A stretch of DNA of 64,000 nucleotides. It comes from an uncultured Verrucomicrobiae bacterium. GTDB taxonomy: Bacteria; Verrucomicrobiota; Verrucomicrobiia; Chthoniobacterales; Chthoniobacteraceae. Shown here piece after piece: positions 28,119-37,928 of this stretch (its first letter is position 1; every line of letters starts with the position of its first letter). A program made the translations under genes and the position numbers. The notes below the pieces were generated by a model, which was given only the letters and a program-made list of their open reading frames with translations, searched no databases and had not been told where the DNA came from. The stretch is from the NCBI GenBank assembly GCA_963828525.1, contig CAWHEP010000009.1, positions 96,001 through 160,000 on the forward strand, in the 5' to 3' direction.

Positions 28119-31100
28119 TTCGAGACAGCCTCCGCGGCCAACGAGGCTTTTTTATACCACTGGCCTCCCAGGATCGCGCCGAGCAATTGTCCGGCGCTTT
28201 CGCTCCAATCAATGATTGGCATTTCCCCGGGCTGAGGCACCGCGCCAGCCTGACGCAGCTTCATCCAATCGGTGACCGCCCGCGCCGCCGCCTCGGGCGA
28301 CTCGCCGGAAAAGTACCAGGCATGCTCTCCCGCGACTTCATGGAAAACAGGGAGATCTCGGGCGATGATCGGCACCCCGTGGCGGGCGGCTTCGACGAGA
28401 GGCAACCCGAATCCTTCGCCTCGGGAAGCCGCGATCAGGGCCGTCGCTCCCTTGTAGGCGTCGGTGAGTAAGCGGTCCGATGGCGCTTCAAGCCAGAAGA
28501 CGCGTTTGCCGAGCAGCGGGTGTGCCCTGAGCCTGGCGGCGAAGGCCTCCATGCTGTGGCCGTACTTGCCCACGATCACCAGATTGTGGGAAAAACCGCT
28601 GCTCCATAGCGACTCGAACGCTGCCAGCATCTGGCCGTGACCTTTGCGGGGTTCGATCGTCGACACCATCAGAAAATAAGGCTGCATGACTGCGGGTTCG
28701 TTTGATGACACCTCGCTTTTCAGCTCCTTAAACTCTCCGGCCTCGATATCCGATCCGAGATGAAAATACCCGATGTTCGGGGGGCGCTCGACCCGCGCCT
28801 GGTCGAGCCAGACCGCGAGTTCATCCGCCACAGCTCGTGAAATGCAAACCAATCCATCCGCGAGAGCCGCCAGCGAAGCGAGCCACGGGGTAAAAGGCTT
28901 CTTCACGCATTCAGGGAAGCAATCCGGCAATGTCGCGGGCAGCAAGTCGTAGATGAGAAAATACATCTTCACTCCGCGATTTCGCATCTTTGCCAGATAG
29001 ACGCTCATGAAAGGAACGATCTCGATCCCCCAATCGAGACTCAGCAGAATATCTTGCGGGCCCGTCTCCAGCGGGTCATCGGGCAGCGTCACGTCTCGCA
29101 GCGAAAGGAACTCGCATGTGAACTTCCGGGCGTAATAGTAGCGTCCTTCGCTGGCATACACCGGCTCGACCCGAAAGCCGTCCGGCGGGGACGTGAGTAG
29201 CCGCTTAAGGATGGCATGCTGCACCCGCTGGATGCCCGTGCCAAGGTTTCGCTGCGCCAGCTCCGTCACATCGACAATCATCTGGCGGGCGGCCCCCATC
29301 GGATGGGCGTTCGCCGCGATGCTTTCAGCGAGCTGGCACCAATCCGACTCCTCGGGACTGCAAGATGGCTGATCCTGTAAACGCCCGAGCGCCTCGGAGA
29401 GAATAGGCAGCAGACTATGACGACCGGCTAAAGCAAACTTTTCAACGGCATCATGGTAGGCGCTAGCGCACGCCGCGAGGCCAAGGCTTGTCGCGACATA
29501 GTGACGGGAATTTGTCCGCAGGATCGCCGCCGCTGCCTCGTCACCGCGTAAATGCTCCAGCGCGCCAGCAAGCTGCTCGTTGGTAAAAGCGTCGTCGAGG
29601 CGCAGGACAACCTCCTCGGGGAGTTCCGAGAGGGAGCCGTGCGCGTTTACTATGGATGGCACTCCATGGCTCAGGCAATCGAGGATGGCTCCGGAGCTCT
29701 CGCCTCGGGAACAGGTCCGAAGCTGCACGGCGCAATCGCAGGCTGCGAGATACAACTGGTAAATATCATCTTCCACGTATCCCGTGATGCGGATGCGGTC
29801 TCGCGTCCCTCTTCGAGAAATTTCCCGCGCAAGCTCCTCGCCGTAAGCGTCGCCGGCGTTGCTCCCCACAAAAACGAGTTTGCCCGCGGGATCGTCCGCC
29901 AGTGCTGAACTCAGCCACGCTTGAACGATGCGCAACGAGCACTTGGTGAAATCGATATGGCCGAATGAGCACACCACCCAATTCCCCGGCGCGAAGCCAA
30001 GTCGCTCTCGCGCCCGCGCGCGCTGTCCCGGCTTGGCCTCGGCGCGCAGGTGGGGAATGATAGCCCAGTCGCGCGAGGTCCCCTCCCCATACCAGGCATC
30101 CGCCAGTGACGCGGCATGTTTTGAATGGACGATAATGCCGGTGGCCCACTCCAGCGGGCGCCTGTTGCATGGGAACTCGCGGATTGCCTCCGCGCGGTTC
30201 CCCTCCCGGCTCTCCAGCAATGCCGTATAGCCGTGCGAATGGTAGAGGCTCGAATCCCAGAGGGAAGGCGATTCGCCCGAGAGTTGCGCCCACGCGAATA
30301 GAGAGCTTAGAAAAAAATCGTGAAGCGCCACGACGCCGGGATGGCGCTCCAGCAAGGCCAACATGTATTTGTGGAAAGGTGAATTCCCTAAAGAGTAGAT
30401 AATTCGGTCAAACCCGCGCGCGTTCAGATCGAACCAATCGGCCGTTCTTAATGGAAAGTTGGCCAACGTTGCGGAGTCTGCCACCCCCGACTGGTCGGTG
30501 ATGACCTCGATCTCATAGTACTTCGCCAGCCAGGGCAGCAGATCCGCGCTATATCGCGCAACGCCAGAGCGCTCAGGGGGCAGCGGAGAGACATATGCCA
30601 GCCGGGGCTTTGAGCGGGCTCTGGAACCAACGGCCACCGGGTTCGAGCCGCGCCACTCGCAAGCCTGCTCCATTGCCGAAAGAGCAAGTCGCGCGCTCTC
30701 CCGCCAGGAAAACGTTCCGCTCCTTTGCAAGCCATGCTCTCTCAACTCAGCGCGAAACCCTTCGTCGCATAAAACCTCGCTGAGCTTGCTCGCGATGGAC
30801 TCTACCTTGAAAGGGTCAAATAACGCATCCTGGCGTCCGATCACTTCCGGGATGCTAGTCGCGTTGGAACCGACCGTTGGCGCGCCGCAGGACATGGCCT
30901 CCAGCACAGGCAGACCGAACCCTTCCTCTAACGAGGGGAACACGAAGCAGGCGCAAATATTATAGAGACGCGCAAGCTCTTCATCGCTGACGTATCCCGT
31001 GAATAAGACAGCGCCGGCACGAAGACCCAGGCGCCTTAATAACGAATCCAGTTGTTCCCGATGATCAACCGCTACATCGCCAACAATCGCCAGTTGATAT

Positions 31101-31870
31101 CCAGCCTGCGCATTGTCTGGCAACGCGGCGAACGCCTCAATCAGCCGAGATACATTTTTTCTCGGCTCCGCGCCTCCGGTGTACATGACGAAAGGATGCT
31201 TAAGGGCGAATTTTTTCCGCAGCGAAGCACTCTGCTCATCCGTGATCGAAGTCTCACGGAACATGGTGTCAGCCGCGCATGGGACGGTATGGATTTTTGC
31301 GGGGTCGAGGCCTAGCAGATCGATAGCCTGCCTCCTTGTATAATCAGAAATGGCCAGGATCCCCGACGCGTTGTTGAGCTGACTGATCTTTCGCAAGTAG
31401 CGCCGACGCCACGACGCTTCGGTGAAGTAAAGATCCTGGTCCTTGAAAGGAATGAGATCGTGAAGCGTGACGGAATGCGCGACTCCCCGGTTGTCCTCTG
31501 GAATGGACGTCAGCGCATCGTCGATTGTTCCCTCGAAGAGGCTCGAGATGTGAATAACGTCGGGCCTAAGGGAGCAGAGGTAATCCTCCCGCAATATCTC
31601 GCCAGCTCTTTCCCGCCAGAAGACAGCCTCATGCGGCAACTGAAACTTCTTTGGCGCGTCCCACACCGCGAAGCGGCTGGCAGGCAGCAGTGTCGCAAAA
31701 TCCTTTTTGATGCCCTGGACCTGCTCCGGAAAAAGATTGCTGAGCGCCAGATGAATCTCGTGCCGGCCGCTGTCGCGGCACATGGCGAGCGCAAGCTCCC
31801 GGGCCTGCCGCCCGATGCCTCGTTTACGGCTGTCTGTCTGGCAGCATTGCAGATCGATTACGATCCGCAT
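28115..31870 (-). CDS. Tri-domain GT4 glycosyltransferase, WbdA-like (probable mannosyltransferase/polymerase)
   Basis: MRIVIDLQ..QT.SR.RGIGR start typical of WbdA-like enzymes; three GT-B modules with EGFGLPVLE, GESSGAILD and EGFGLPLVE. Confidence 0.85.
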   Translation of the reverse strand: MRIVIDLQCCQTDSRKRGIGRQARELALAMCRDSGRHEIHLALSNLFPEQVQGIKKDFATLLPASRFAVWDAPKKFQLPHEAVFWRERAGEILREDYLCSLRPDVIHISSLFEGTIDDALTSIPEDNRGVAHSVTLHDLIPFKDQDLYFTEASWRRRYLRKISQLNNASGILAISDYTRRQAIDLLGLDPAKIHTVPCAADTMFRETSITDEQSASLRKKFALKHPFVMYTGGAEPRKNVSRLIEAFAALPDNAQAGYQLAIVGDVAVDHREQLDSLLRRLGLRAGAVLFTGYVSDEELARLYNICACFVFPSLEEGFGLPVLEAMSCGAPTVGSNATSIPEVIGRQDALFDPFKVESIASKLSEVLCDEGFRAELREHGLQRSGTFSWRESARLALSAMEQACEWRGSNPVAVGSRARSKPRLAYVSPLPPERSGVARYSADLLPWLAKYYEIEVITDQSGVADSATLANFPLRTADWFDLNARGFDRIIYSLGNSPFHKYMLALLERHPGVVALHDFFLSSLFAWAQLSGESPSLWDSSLYHSHGYTALLESREGNRAEAIREFPCNRRPLEWATGIIVHSKHAASLADAWYGEGTSRDWAIIPHLRAEAKPGQRARARERLGFAPGNWVVCSFGHIDFTKCSLRIVQAWLSSALADDPAGKLVFVGSNAGDAYGEELAREISRRGTRDRIRITGYVEDDIYQLYLAACDCAVQLRTCSRGESSGAILDCLSHGVPSIVNAHGSLSELPEEVVLRLDDAFTNEQLAGALEHLRGDEAAAAILRTNSRHYVATSLGLAACASAYHDAVEKFALAGRHSLLPILSEALGRLQDQPSCSPEESDWCQLAESIAANAHPMGAARQMIVDVTELAQRNLGTGIQRVQHAILKRLLTSPPDGFRVEPVYASEGRYYYARKFTCEFLSLRDVTLPDDPLETGPQDILLSLDWGIEIVPFMSVYLAKMRNRGVKMYFLIYDLLPATLPDCFPECVKKPFTPWLASLAALADGLVCISRAVADELAVWLDQARVERPPNIGYFHLGSDIEAGEFKELKSEVSSNEPAVMQPYFLMVSTIEPRKGHGQMLAAFESLWSSGFSHNLVIVGKYGHSMEAFAARLRAHPLLGKRVFWLEAPSDRLLTDAYKGATALIAASRGEGFGLPLVEAARHGVPIIARDLPVFHEVAGEHAWYFSGESPEAAARAVTDWMKLRQAGAVPQPGEMPIIDWSESAGQLLGAILGGQWYKKASLAAEAVSK

Positions 31871-32331
31871 TACCGCCTTCGCCTTGATAGCTGATCGCCG
31901 CCCTCTGTCCGCCGCAGGATTTGGTATACGCGCTCGCCAGCCGCCGTTAGCCGGTGACGCGGCTCCTGCGCGCCCAACTCCGCGTCGGAGCCGGGATGTG
32001 TTCGCAATCTTCCCACATTCTCTTCCAGCCGGTCAAGACGCTGCGCCATCTGCTTATTCAGATCCAGTTGGAGACGCATCGCTCCAATCAAATACTTATT
32101 CAAGGCGCCCTGATTGCGAAATCGATTCTGCAGCCAGAGCATAATGCTGTTTCGACGCGGCTCTGGCTGGTCCAAACGAACCGGTTTTCCATGTTGCTTC
32201 CGAAGCGCTTGCTTCAATTCTTCTTCGATTTTGGCAAGGAGCTGCGAACTGGCAAGCCAGGCGCTCTTCGTATCGGACGCCCCAGTTAGGGTTGCTTGTC
32301 CGTGATCGTCGGGGCTTGGGATTGGCTTCAT
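31870..32331 (-). CDS. Small coiled-coil protein, possibly resembling the non-catalytic WbdD C-terminal region
   Basis: Coupled on both sides; heptad segments, amphipathic segment IMLWLQNRFR and terminal LTAAGERVYQILRR. Confidence 0.55.
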   Translation of the reverse strand: MKPIPSPDDHGQATLTGASDTKSAWLASSQLLAKIEEELKQALRKQHGKPVRLDQPEPRRNSIMLWLQNRFRNQGALNKYLIGAMRLQLDLNKQMAQRLDRLEENVGRLRTHPGSDAELGAQEPRHRLTAAGERVYQILRRTEGGDQLSRRRR

Positions 32332-34406
32332 TGGCGGATTTGCGCGTCAGCTTTCCCAATATCGTTGACCCTGGCAAGGATCTCCGCCCGGGCGCGTTCT
32401 GGATCGAGAGTCTGGCGAATGTCGCGGGCGGCGCGGCATCCCATCGCGGCGCTTTCTTCCCTGTTATCAAAGACCCAGCGCATCTGCTCCGCCGCTTCAT
32501 TCCCGTCTGGTTCCGCCCAGAAACTGCCCGCCTCATACGGACCGGACGTTTCTTCAAGCATCACCATCTTGTATCCGATGAGCCGGCTGTTCCCCGCATT
32601 CATGTAATCGAGATTGCCTGAATAGCCCGTGGCAATCACCGGTTTCCCAAGATACATCGAGCGCGCCATTCCAAGCCCAAGCCCTTCGGAGCGGTGTAGC
32701 GAGACATAGCAATCCGCGGATGCGAATAGCGAGCCGACCATTGGACCTGGCAGATGAGCCTCCGCGAACAACACATCGCGGCCCTCCGCCATCGCGCGCA
32801 GACGCTGGCTTCCCATGCGGTCATGCTCCCAATTTATGGACTTCAACACAAGCGTGACCTTTTCAGCGGGATGAAACGCCTGGAGAAAAGCCTTTATGAC
32901 TCCTTCAGGGTTTTTTCGGGCAGTGGTGCTGAGGAAATCGAAGTTAAAAAGAAATACAAAACTATCCTCCCGCAGACCGAACGCCGCGCGATCTCGAGCG
33001 CTTTCTTCGACCCGCAGCGGATATGTCACCTTCCTGACGGGTATCGGAGAGACCTTGGACAAGGCGTCCCGGATGAAACCGGTCGGCACCCAAATTTCAT
33101 CGTAGTAGTCAAACGCGGAATGCCAGCGGGCTGGGAAATGCTCCTGCTCCCAATACCACAGGCCGATATTGTGCCGTCCATCGAAGAAGCCGTGTCCCAT
33201 GTCGCGAGCAAACCTCCGCGAGTAGTCAAAGGAGAAGGTCATGAGGTTTACGCGGTAGGGATTCTTCGTTCCGAGCCTTGTAAACGAGGCATCGCTGTTG
33301 CTGTGCATCCTGCTGTGAACGTTGATGAAAGCGCAAGGGAGGCCGGTCTCCTCGATCGCCAGGCACATAGCGCGCGACGAGTCGCCGATGCCGTATTCTC
33401 CTTTCATAAACCCGGCGACATTGATCCCCAGCGGCAGTTTCTTTCGCGACCTGACCCCCATCGGCAAACGCGGCTTCAGGTGCCTGTGGAAAAGCCGGGT
33501 CTGTTTCACATACGCCTCATAGACCACGCGCGTCGTTTGCCTGCGGTAGCGCTCAAATCCCCTGTGTTTCCCCAGCGCAACCTGAATTTCCGGGGTTACT
33601 TTCACCCCCAGCTTGCGGGAGCGTTTTGCTATGCGGTGCAGCGCGTCGTTCCTGAGATACCGCTTCATCCAGGGCCGTATGCGGACGTACTGCTTGTCGA
33701 GATACTCGCCCACGAGAGTATAGTTCTCCATCGCCGGTTGCATGGAGGTTCGATCCTTTTCTGTCTGCTGCCGCCCATGCGAGCGGAACGCGCATAGCGC
33801 CTCCGGCACATACCCAAAGCAACCGAGTTCAAGCACGTGGAACCACATTTCCAGGTCGGCCATCACAAAGTATTCAGTGCTGAAGCCGCGGCTGGACCGA
33901 TCCCGGCGCAGCATTACGGCGCTCGGCCCTCCGATCAGGTTTCGTTGCTCCCGCAGGCAGCGCGTTATGACGCTCGTTCCCGAGATCGGGCGCGTCTCTT
34001 CAAAACACGACCACGTTTCGAGAAAGTTGCCCGCTTCATCCACGATCCGCCGGGCGGAAGAAACCAGACTGATCGCCGGGTTGCCTTCCATTACCGCGGC
34101 CATCTTCTCCAGCGCTGTCCTCTCGCAAAGGAAATCATCCGCGTGCAGCAGCTTCACGTACTCTCCCTTCGCGAGGGCCAGTCCCGCGTTGCGGTTGCCA
34201 ATCATCCCGAGATTCCGGGCATTTTGATGGACCGTTACTCGCGAATCCAGCCGCGCGTACCGCTGCGCCGCTTCAAAAGAATCGTCCGTCGAGCAATCGT
34301 CCGAAATGATGACCTCTATGTCCGATAGGCTCTGTTCCAGCACCGACTCCACTGCCTGCGAGAGGAATCTCCCATAGTTGTAAACGTCGATGCACACACT
34401 CACCAT
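32328..34406 (-). CDS. Bifunctional GT2-GT4 glycosyltransferase
   Basis: N-terminal SDDCSTD and LHADD; C-terminal YWE, RKNP and SLHRSEGLGL. Confidence 0.87.
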   Translation of the reverse strand: MVSVCIDVYNYGRFLSQAVESVLEQSLSDIEVIISDDCSTDDSFEAAQRYARLDSRVTVHQNARNLGMIGNRNAGLALAKGEYVKLLHADDFLCERTALEKMAAVMEGNPAISLVSSARRIVDEAGNFLETWSCFEETRPISGTSVITRCLREQRNLIGGPSAVMLRRDRSSRGFSTEYFVMADLEMWFHVLELGCFGYVPEALCAFRSHGRQQTEKDRTSMQPAMENYTLVGEYLDKQYVRIRPWMKRYLRNDALHRIAKRSRKLGVKVTPEIQVALGKHRGFERYRRQTTRVVYEAYVKQTRLFHRHLKPRLPMGVRSRKKLPLGINVAGFMKGEYGIGDSSRAMCLAIEETGLPCAFINVHSRMHSNSDASFTRLGTKNPYRVNLMTFSFDYSRRFARDMGHGFFDGRHNIGLWYWEQEHFPARWHSAFDYYDEIWVPTGFIRDALSKVSPIPVRKVTYPLRVEESARDRAAFGLREDSFVFLFNFDFLSTTARKNPEGVIKAFLQAFHPAEKVTLVLKSINWEHDRMGSQRLRAMAEGRDVLFAEAHLPGPMVGSLFASADCYVSLHRSEGLGLGMARSMYLGKPVIATGYSGNLDYMNAGNSRLIGYKMVMLEETSGPYEAGSFWAEPDGNEAAEQMRWVFDNREESAAMGCRAARDIRQTLDPERARAEILARVNDIGKADAQIRQ

Positions 34407-34466
34407 TGGGAGTAGTCATATTTAGGGGAGATCGAAAGGCAAGCCTTTCGGGCGACGTGTCGCGCG

Positions 34467-35767
34467 CTACCTGGCGGGAGAACCCGCGGGTGTCGTGATC
34501 ATTGGGCTGCCATTGATTTTCACGTTTTCCTCTCGAAGATCCTCTACATTACGGATTACGACCGCCGGATCCGTTACGGTGAGAGCGATGTTCTTCAGCG
34601 TGAGGCCCCGGATCGAACTGGCAGCGGTAGCTTCAATCCGGCCAAAGCTTGTGGTGCTGCCGGTGATGTTTTCCATGCTGACGTTCTCAACCTGCTGCTT
34701 TGGGGCGGCCTGCCCTTTCAGATCGAAGTATTGCGTCCATGCCAGCATATTAACCATGCTTCCCCGACCTGATATTGAGACATCGTGAACGTGTATGTCG
34801 GAATAATGTTGGGGGGTGTCGAGGCGGAGCTTTAGGCGAAGGATGCAGTTCTGGGGGCAAGACCCATCCATCTGGCAGTGGTCCATGACGACATCACGGA
34901 CATAGCAGGCTTCGCTGCCCAACGTGAGCGCTCCGTAGCCGAGACCGAAGATGCAATCGGAGATGCGGACATGCTCCACGGCGGGGCTATCCTTATCATT
35001 CTCAGCGAACGGGCCTTTAGTGCCCTTCAGCGCGATATTATCGTCCGACACGGAGATGTGGCAGGCGTGGATCGTTACGCGCTGGCAACTGTCCACATCG
35101 ATCCCATCGGTGCTAGGAGCGCCCAGCGGAGAGCGGATGTCCACCTTCTCCACCGTGACATCCTGGCAACGGTAAAGGTGCATATTCCAAAACCCCGAGT
35201 CTCGCAGGGAAACACCGGTTATTGAGATATCGTTCGAATTCTGTATGAACAGATTGCGCGGGCGTTCCACGTCGAGATTCTTGGTTTTCTTGTCCGCGTT
35301 GCGGCGCGTATGGAAGGCGTCCCAAAAGGGTTTCCCTCCCCCTTGTATGGCGCCGGCGCCCGTAATCCGGAGATGATCGCATTTATCGGCGTTCACGAGG
35401 GCCGGACGCCACACTTGGGTATGTCCCTCGACGCGAGTGGGCATCGACGGGTAATCCTGAATATTGGTCGAGCCCAACAGCACCGCGCCCTCATCAAGAT
35501 GCAGGTTCACCCCCGGCTTCAGGAAAACCGCGCCGCTTAAGAATTTTCCGGCGGGAATGACCAAGTACCGCCACTCTCTTTAGCGAGCTGATCAATCCCT
35601 TTTTGGATGCTGGTGGTATCTAAAGTCGCGCCGTCGCCAATCGCGCCCGTTTTAAGGATCGACAGGGTTGCACTTCCAGAAGGAGCGGTAGCCTCATCCG
35701 CCCAGGCAGCCGTCGCAGAGAGGGACACGAGAACGCGCAGCAGACAAATCAACCGCAGGGGAGCCAT
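34467..35767 (-). CDS. GH28 polygalacturonase-family glycoside hydrolase (split by one frameshift near 35563)
   Basis: Signal peptide and GAIGDG in 35537-35767; STDGID, SDDNI and LRLK in 34467-35564; adding one T restores GGTLVIPAGKF. Confidence 0.82.
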
Positions 35768-35776
35768 AGGTTGCGA

Positions 35777-36565
35777 CTAGGGAGCTGCGCAGTACTTGTC
35801 GAGAAGGGGCTGGATGGCATCTGCCCAAATTTGATAACCCTTCTCGTTTGGATGAAGGGAATCGGGAAAGATATCCTTGCCGAGTTTGCCGTCAGGACGG
35901 AGGAATTTCTCGCCGAAGTCCAGGTAAACCACTTTGTCCGTGCCCAGCTTCGCGAGCAGCTCGTTGGTGGCCTTCACCTTCAGCCGAAATGGGTCTGTGG
36001 GTTCCTGCGAGCGCGGGAATATGGCCTGAAGGAGAATGACAGCGTCCGGACAACGCTTCTGGTATTCAGCAATGATCGCGCTGACACCCCCGGCGATCTG
36101 CTCAGGAGTGCTGGTTTCCTTCATATTGTTGGTGCCAATCATCAAGGCAATGAGTTTGGGATGCATCCCCTCCGCCTGGCCGTGGGCGAGACGCCATAGG
36201 ACGCTTTGGGTCACATCTCCGCTGATCGCGAAATCGATTGGATGATATTTGGTGAACCGCGCTGTCCATATCGCGAGCCCTCTCTTTTGCCAAAAATCGG
36301 TGATCGAGTCTCCGTCGAAGATCACTCCGACTGATCCCGCCATCTCTTTGCCGCGCGCGATATTCTCGAGCGCCCGCTTCTCCCAGCCAGCACCGCGGGT
36401 ATCCGGCGCGTTCGGCGGCACCTTCACCTTAACGGAACTGACCAGCACCGGCGCCCTTTTTTGCGGGACAGGCGATGGAGCGGGCGTGGTCTGGACAACT
36501 GTAGCAGTCTGGGCAAGCGCGAGGCTGAGCGGCAGGAGTAAAACGAGAGACAGGAGTGTTTTCAT
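35777..36565 (-). CDS. Secreted SGNH/GDSL esterase (PAF-acetylhydrolase-like)
   Basis: GDSIT, ISGD, IGTNN and DSLHP blocks; signal peptide. Confidence 0.9.
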   Translation of the reverse strand: MKTLLSLVLLLPLSLALAQTATVVQTTPAPSPVPQKRAPVLVSSVKVKVPPNAPDTRGAGWEKRALENIARGKEMAGSVGVIFDGDSITDFWQKRGLAIWTARFTKYHPIDFAISGDVTQSVLWRLAHGQAEGMHPKLIALMIGTNNMKETSTPEQIAGGVSAIIAEYQKRCPDAVILLQAIFPRSQEPTDPFRLKVKATNELLAKLGTDKVVYLDFGEKFLRPDGKLGKDIFPDSLHPNEKGYQIWADAIQPLLDKYCAAP

Positions 36566-36701
36566 ATGGACTACAAACGCGCGGCGGAGGGGTTTGATCG
36601 GGACGGGCGGGAAGGATCACAATGGGGCGCGCTCCCGTCCTGCGTCAAGACTGTCGGTGGAACAAAGGATATCCCTCGCCCAGCATAGCCTCGCGTTTCG
36701 C

Positions 36702-37853
36702 TCACCCTACGATCTCCAGCAAGCAGCCTTTGAGATACTCCGTCTCCGGAAGGTTCATCAGCACCGGATGGTCGCTCGACTGGTGAAATTCGTGAATCCG
36801 CCGCGCCGATTTTTTCGCGTCAACCAGCGCGTCGCCAATCATCTCGTCAAAAATTTGCCGCGTGATGTGATGCGAGCAGGAAAACGTCGCCAGTAATCCT
36901 CCCGGGCCCAGGAGCTTCAAGGCACGAAGATGTATCTCTTTGTAGCCGCGCAACGCGTCGTTCAGATTTTCCCGGGACTTGGTGAAGGAAGGCGGGTCGA
37001 GAATGATGAGATCAAACCGGCCTTGCTCCGCCTTCAGGAAATCGAACACGTTTGCTTCGACCGCCCGAACCTTCATCCCGTTTCTCCGGAGGTTCGCGTC
37101 GATAGCCCGCACCCCGTCGCTGCTGATCTCCACCGCCGTGACCTCGGCCGCGCCAGCTTTCGCGCAAAAAAGCGCAAACGCCCCTTGATTTGCAAAGCAG
37201 TCCAGAACCTTGCGTCCTCGCGAGAAGGCGGCCACCTCCCGATAGTTCGACACTTGATCCAGATAGAAGCCCGTCTTCTGCCCGCGCAGGGGATCGATCG
37301 CGAAGGAAACTCCATCGAGCAGGATTTCAGTAACCATCGGTTCTCCGTAGGCGGCTCCGATGACGGGTTCCATGCCTTCCGCCCGGCGGATGGGAGCATC
37401 GTTGCGTTCCGCGATGAACTTAGGGCGCGCCACTTCGACCAGCGCATCCACAATCATCGCCTTTCGCTGATCCATGGCGAGCGTGAGCGTCTGTAAAACC
37501 AGCAGATCACCATACCGATCCACAACGACCCCTGGCAGCCCATCACTCTCGCTCCAGATCATTCGGCACAGCCGCTCATCGATCCCGCGCCTGCGGCGGT
37601 ATTCAATCGCTCGTTCGATCCTCCGCTTAAAGAACTCCGCGTCGAGTCCCTGCCGATGCCGCGAGAACCGGCGGGCAACGATCTGGGAGCTCGCATTGTA
37701 GATGGCGCTCCCGAGCAGCCGATCCCTGCCGTCCTTCAGCGAAACCACATCACCGTTAGCCGGGTCGCCAAACGCCTTGAGGACGTCGCTGGCGTACACC
37801 CACTCATGTCCATGGAGGATTCGAGAGCGGGGCTTGATTATGAGGCCGGACAA
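36702..37853 (-). CDS. rlmI: RlmI-like class I SAM-dependent rRNA m5C methyltransferase
   Basis: GHEWVY PUA domain, SESDGLPG, GQKTGFYLDQ, LDPPSF and PETEYLK. Confidence 0.85.
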   Translation of the reverse strand: MSGLIIKPRSRILHGHEWVYASDVLKAFGDPANGDVVSLKDGRDRLLGSAIYNASSQIVARRFSRHRQGLDAEFFKRRIERAIEYRRRRGIDERLCRMIWSESDGLPGVVVDRYGDLLVLQTLTLAMDQRKAMIVDALVEVARPKFIAERNDAPIRRAEGMEPVIGAAYGEPMVTEILLDGVSFAIDPLRGQKTGFYLDQVSNYREVAAFSRGRKVLDCFANQGAFALFCAKAGAAEVTAVEISSDGVRAIDANLRRNGMKVRAVEANVFDFLKAEQGRFDLIILDPPSFTKSRENLNDALRGYKEIHLRALKLLGPGGLLATFSCSHHITRQIFDEMIGDALVDAKKSARRIHEFHQSSDHPVLMNLPETEYLKGCLLEIVG

Positions 37854-37928
37854 AGGGTTAGTTCGTGTTGTTATGAGGCAGACAAATGAACAGAAGCCAT
37901 CACCGCCATGTCACACCCGCGCCGACGA

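Noticed and set aside
32754..33797. 347-aa plus-strand ORF, and similar long antisense ORFs at 37977-38939 and 39767-40573
   Set aside because: They fully overlap well-supported genes on the other strand and show no motifs.
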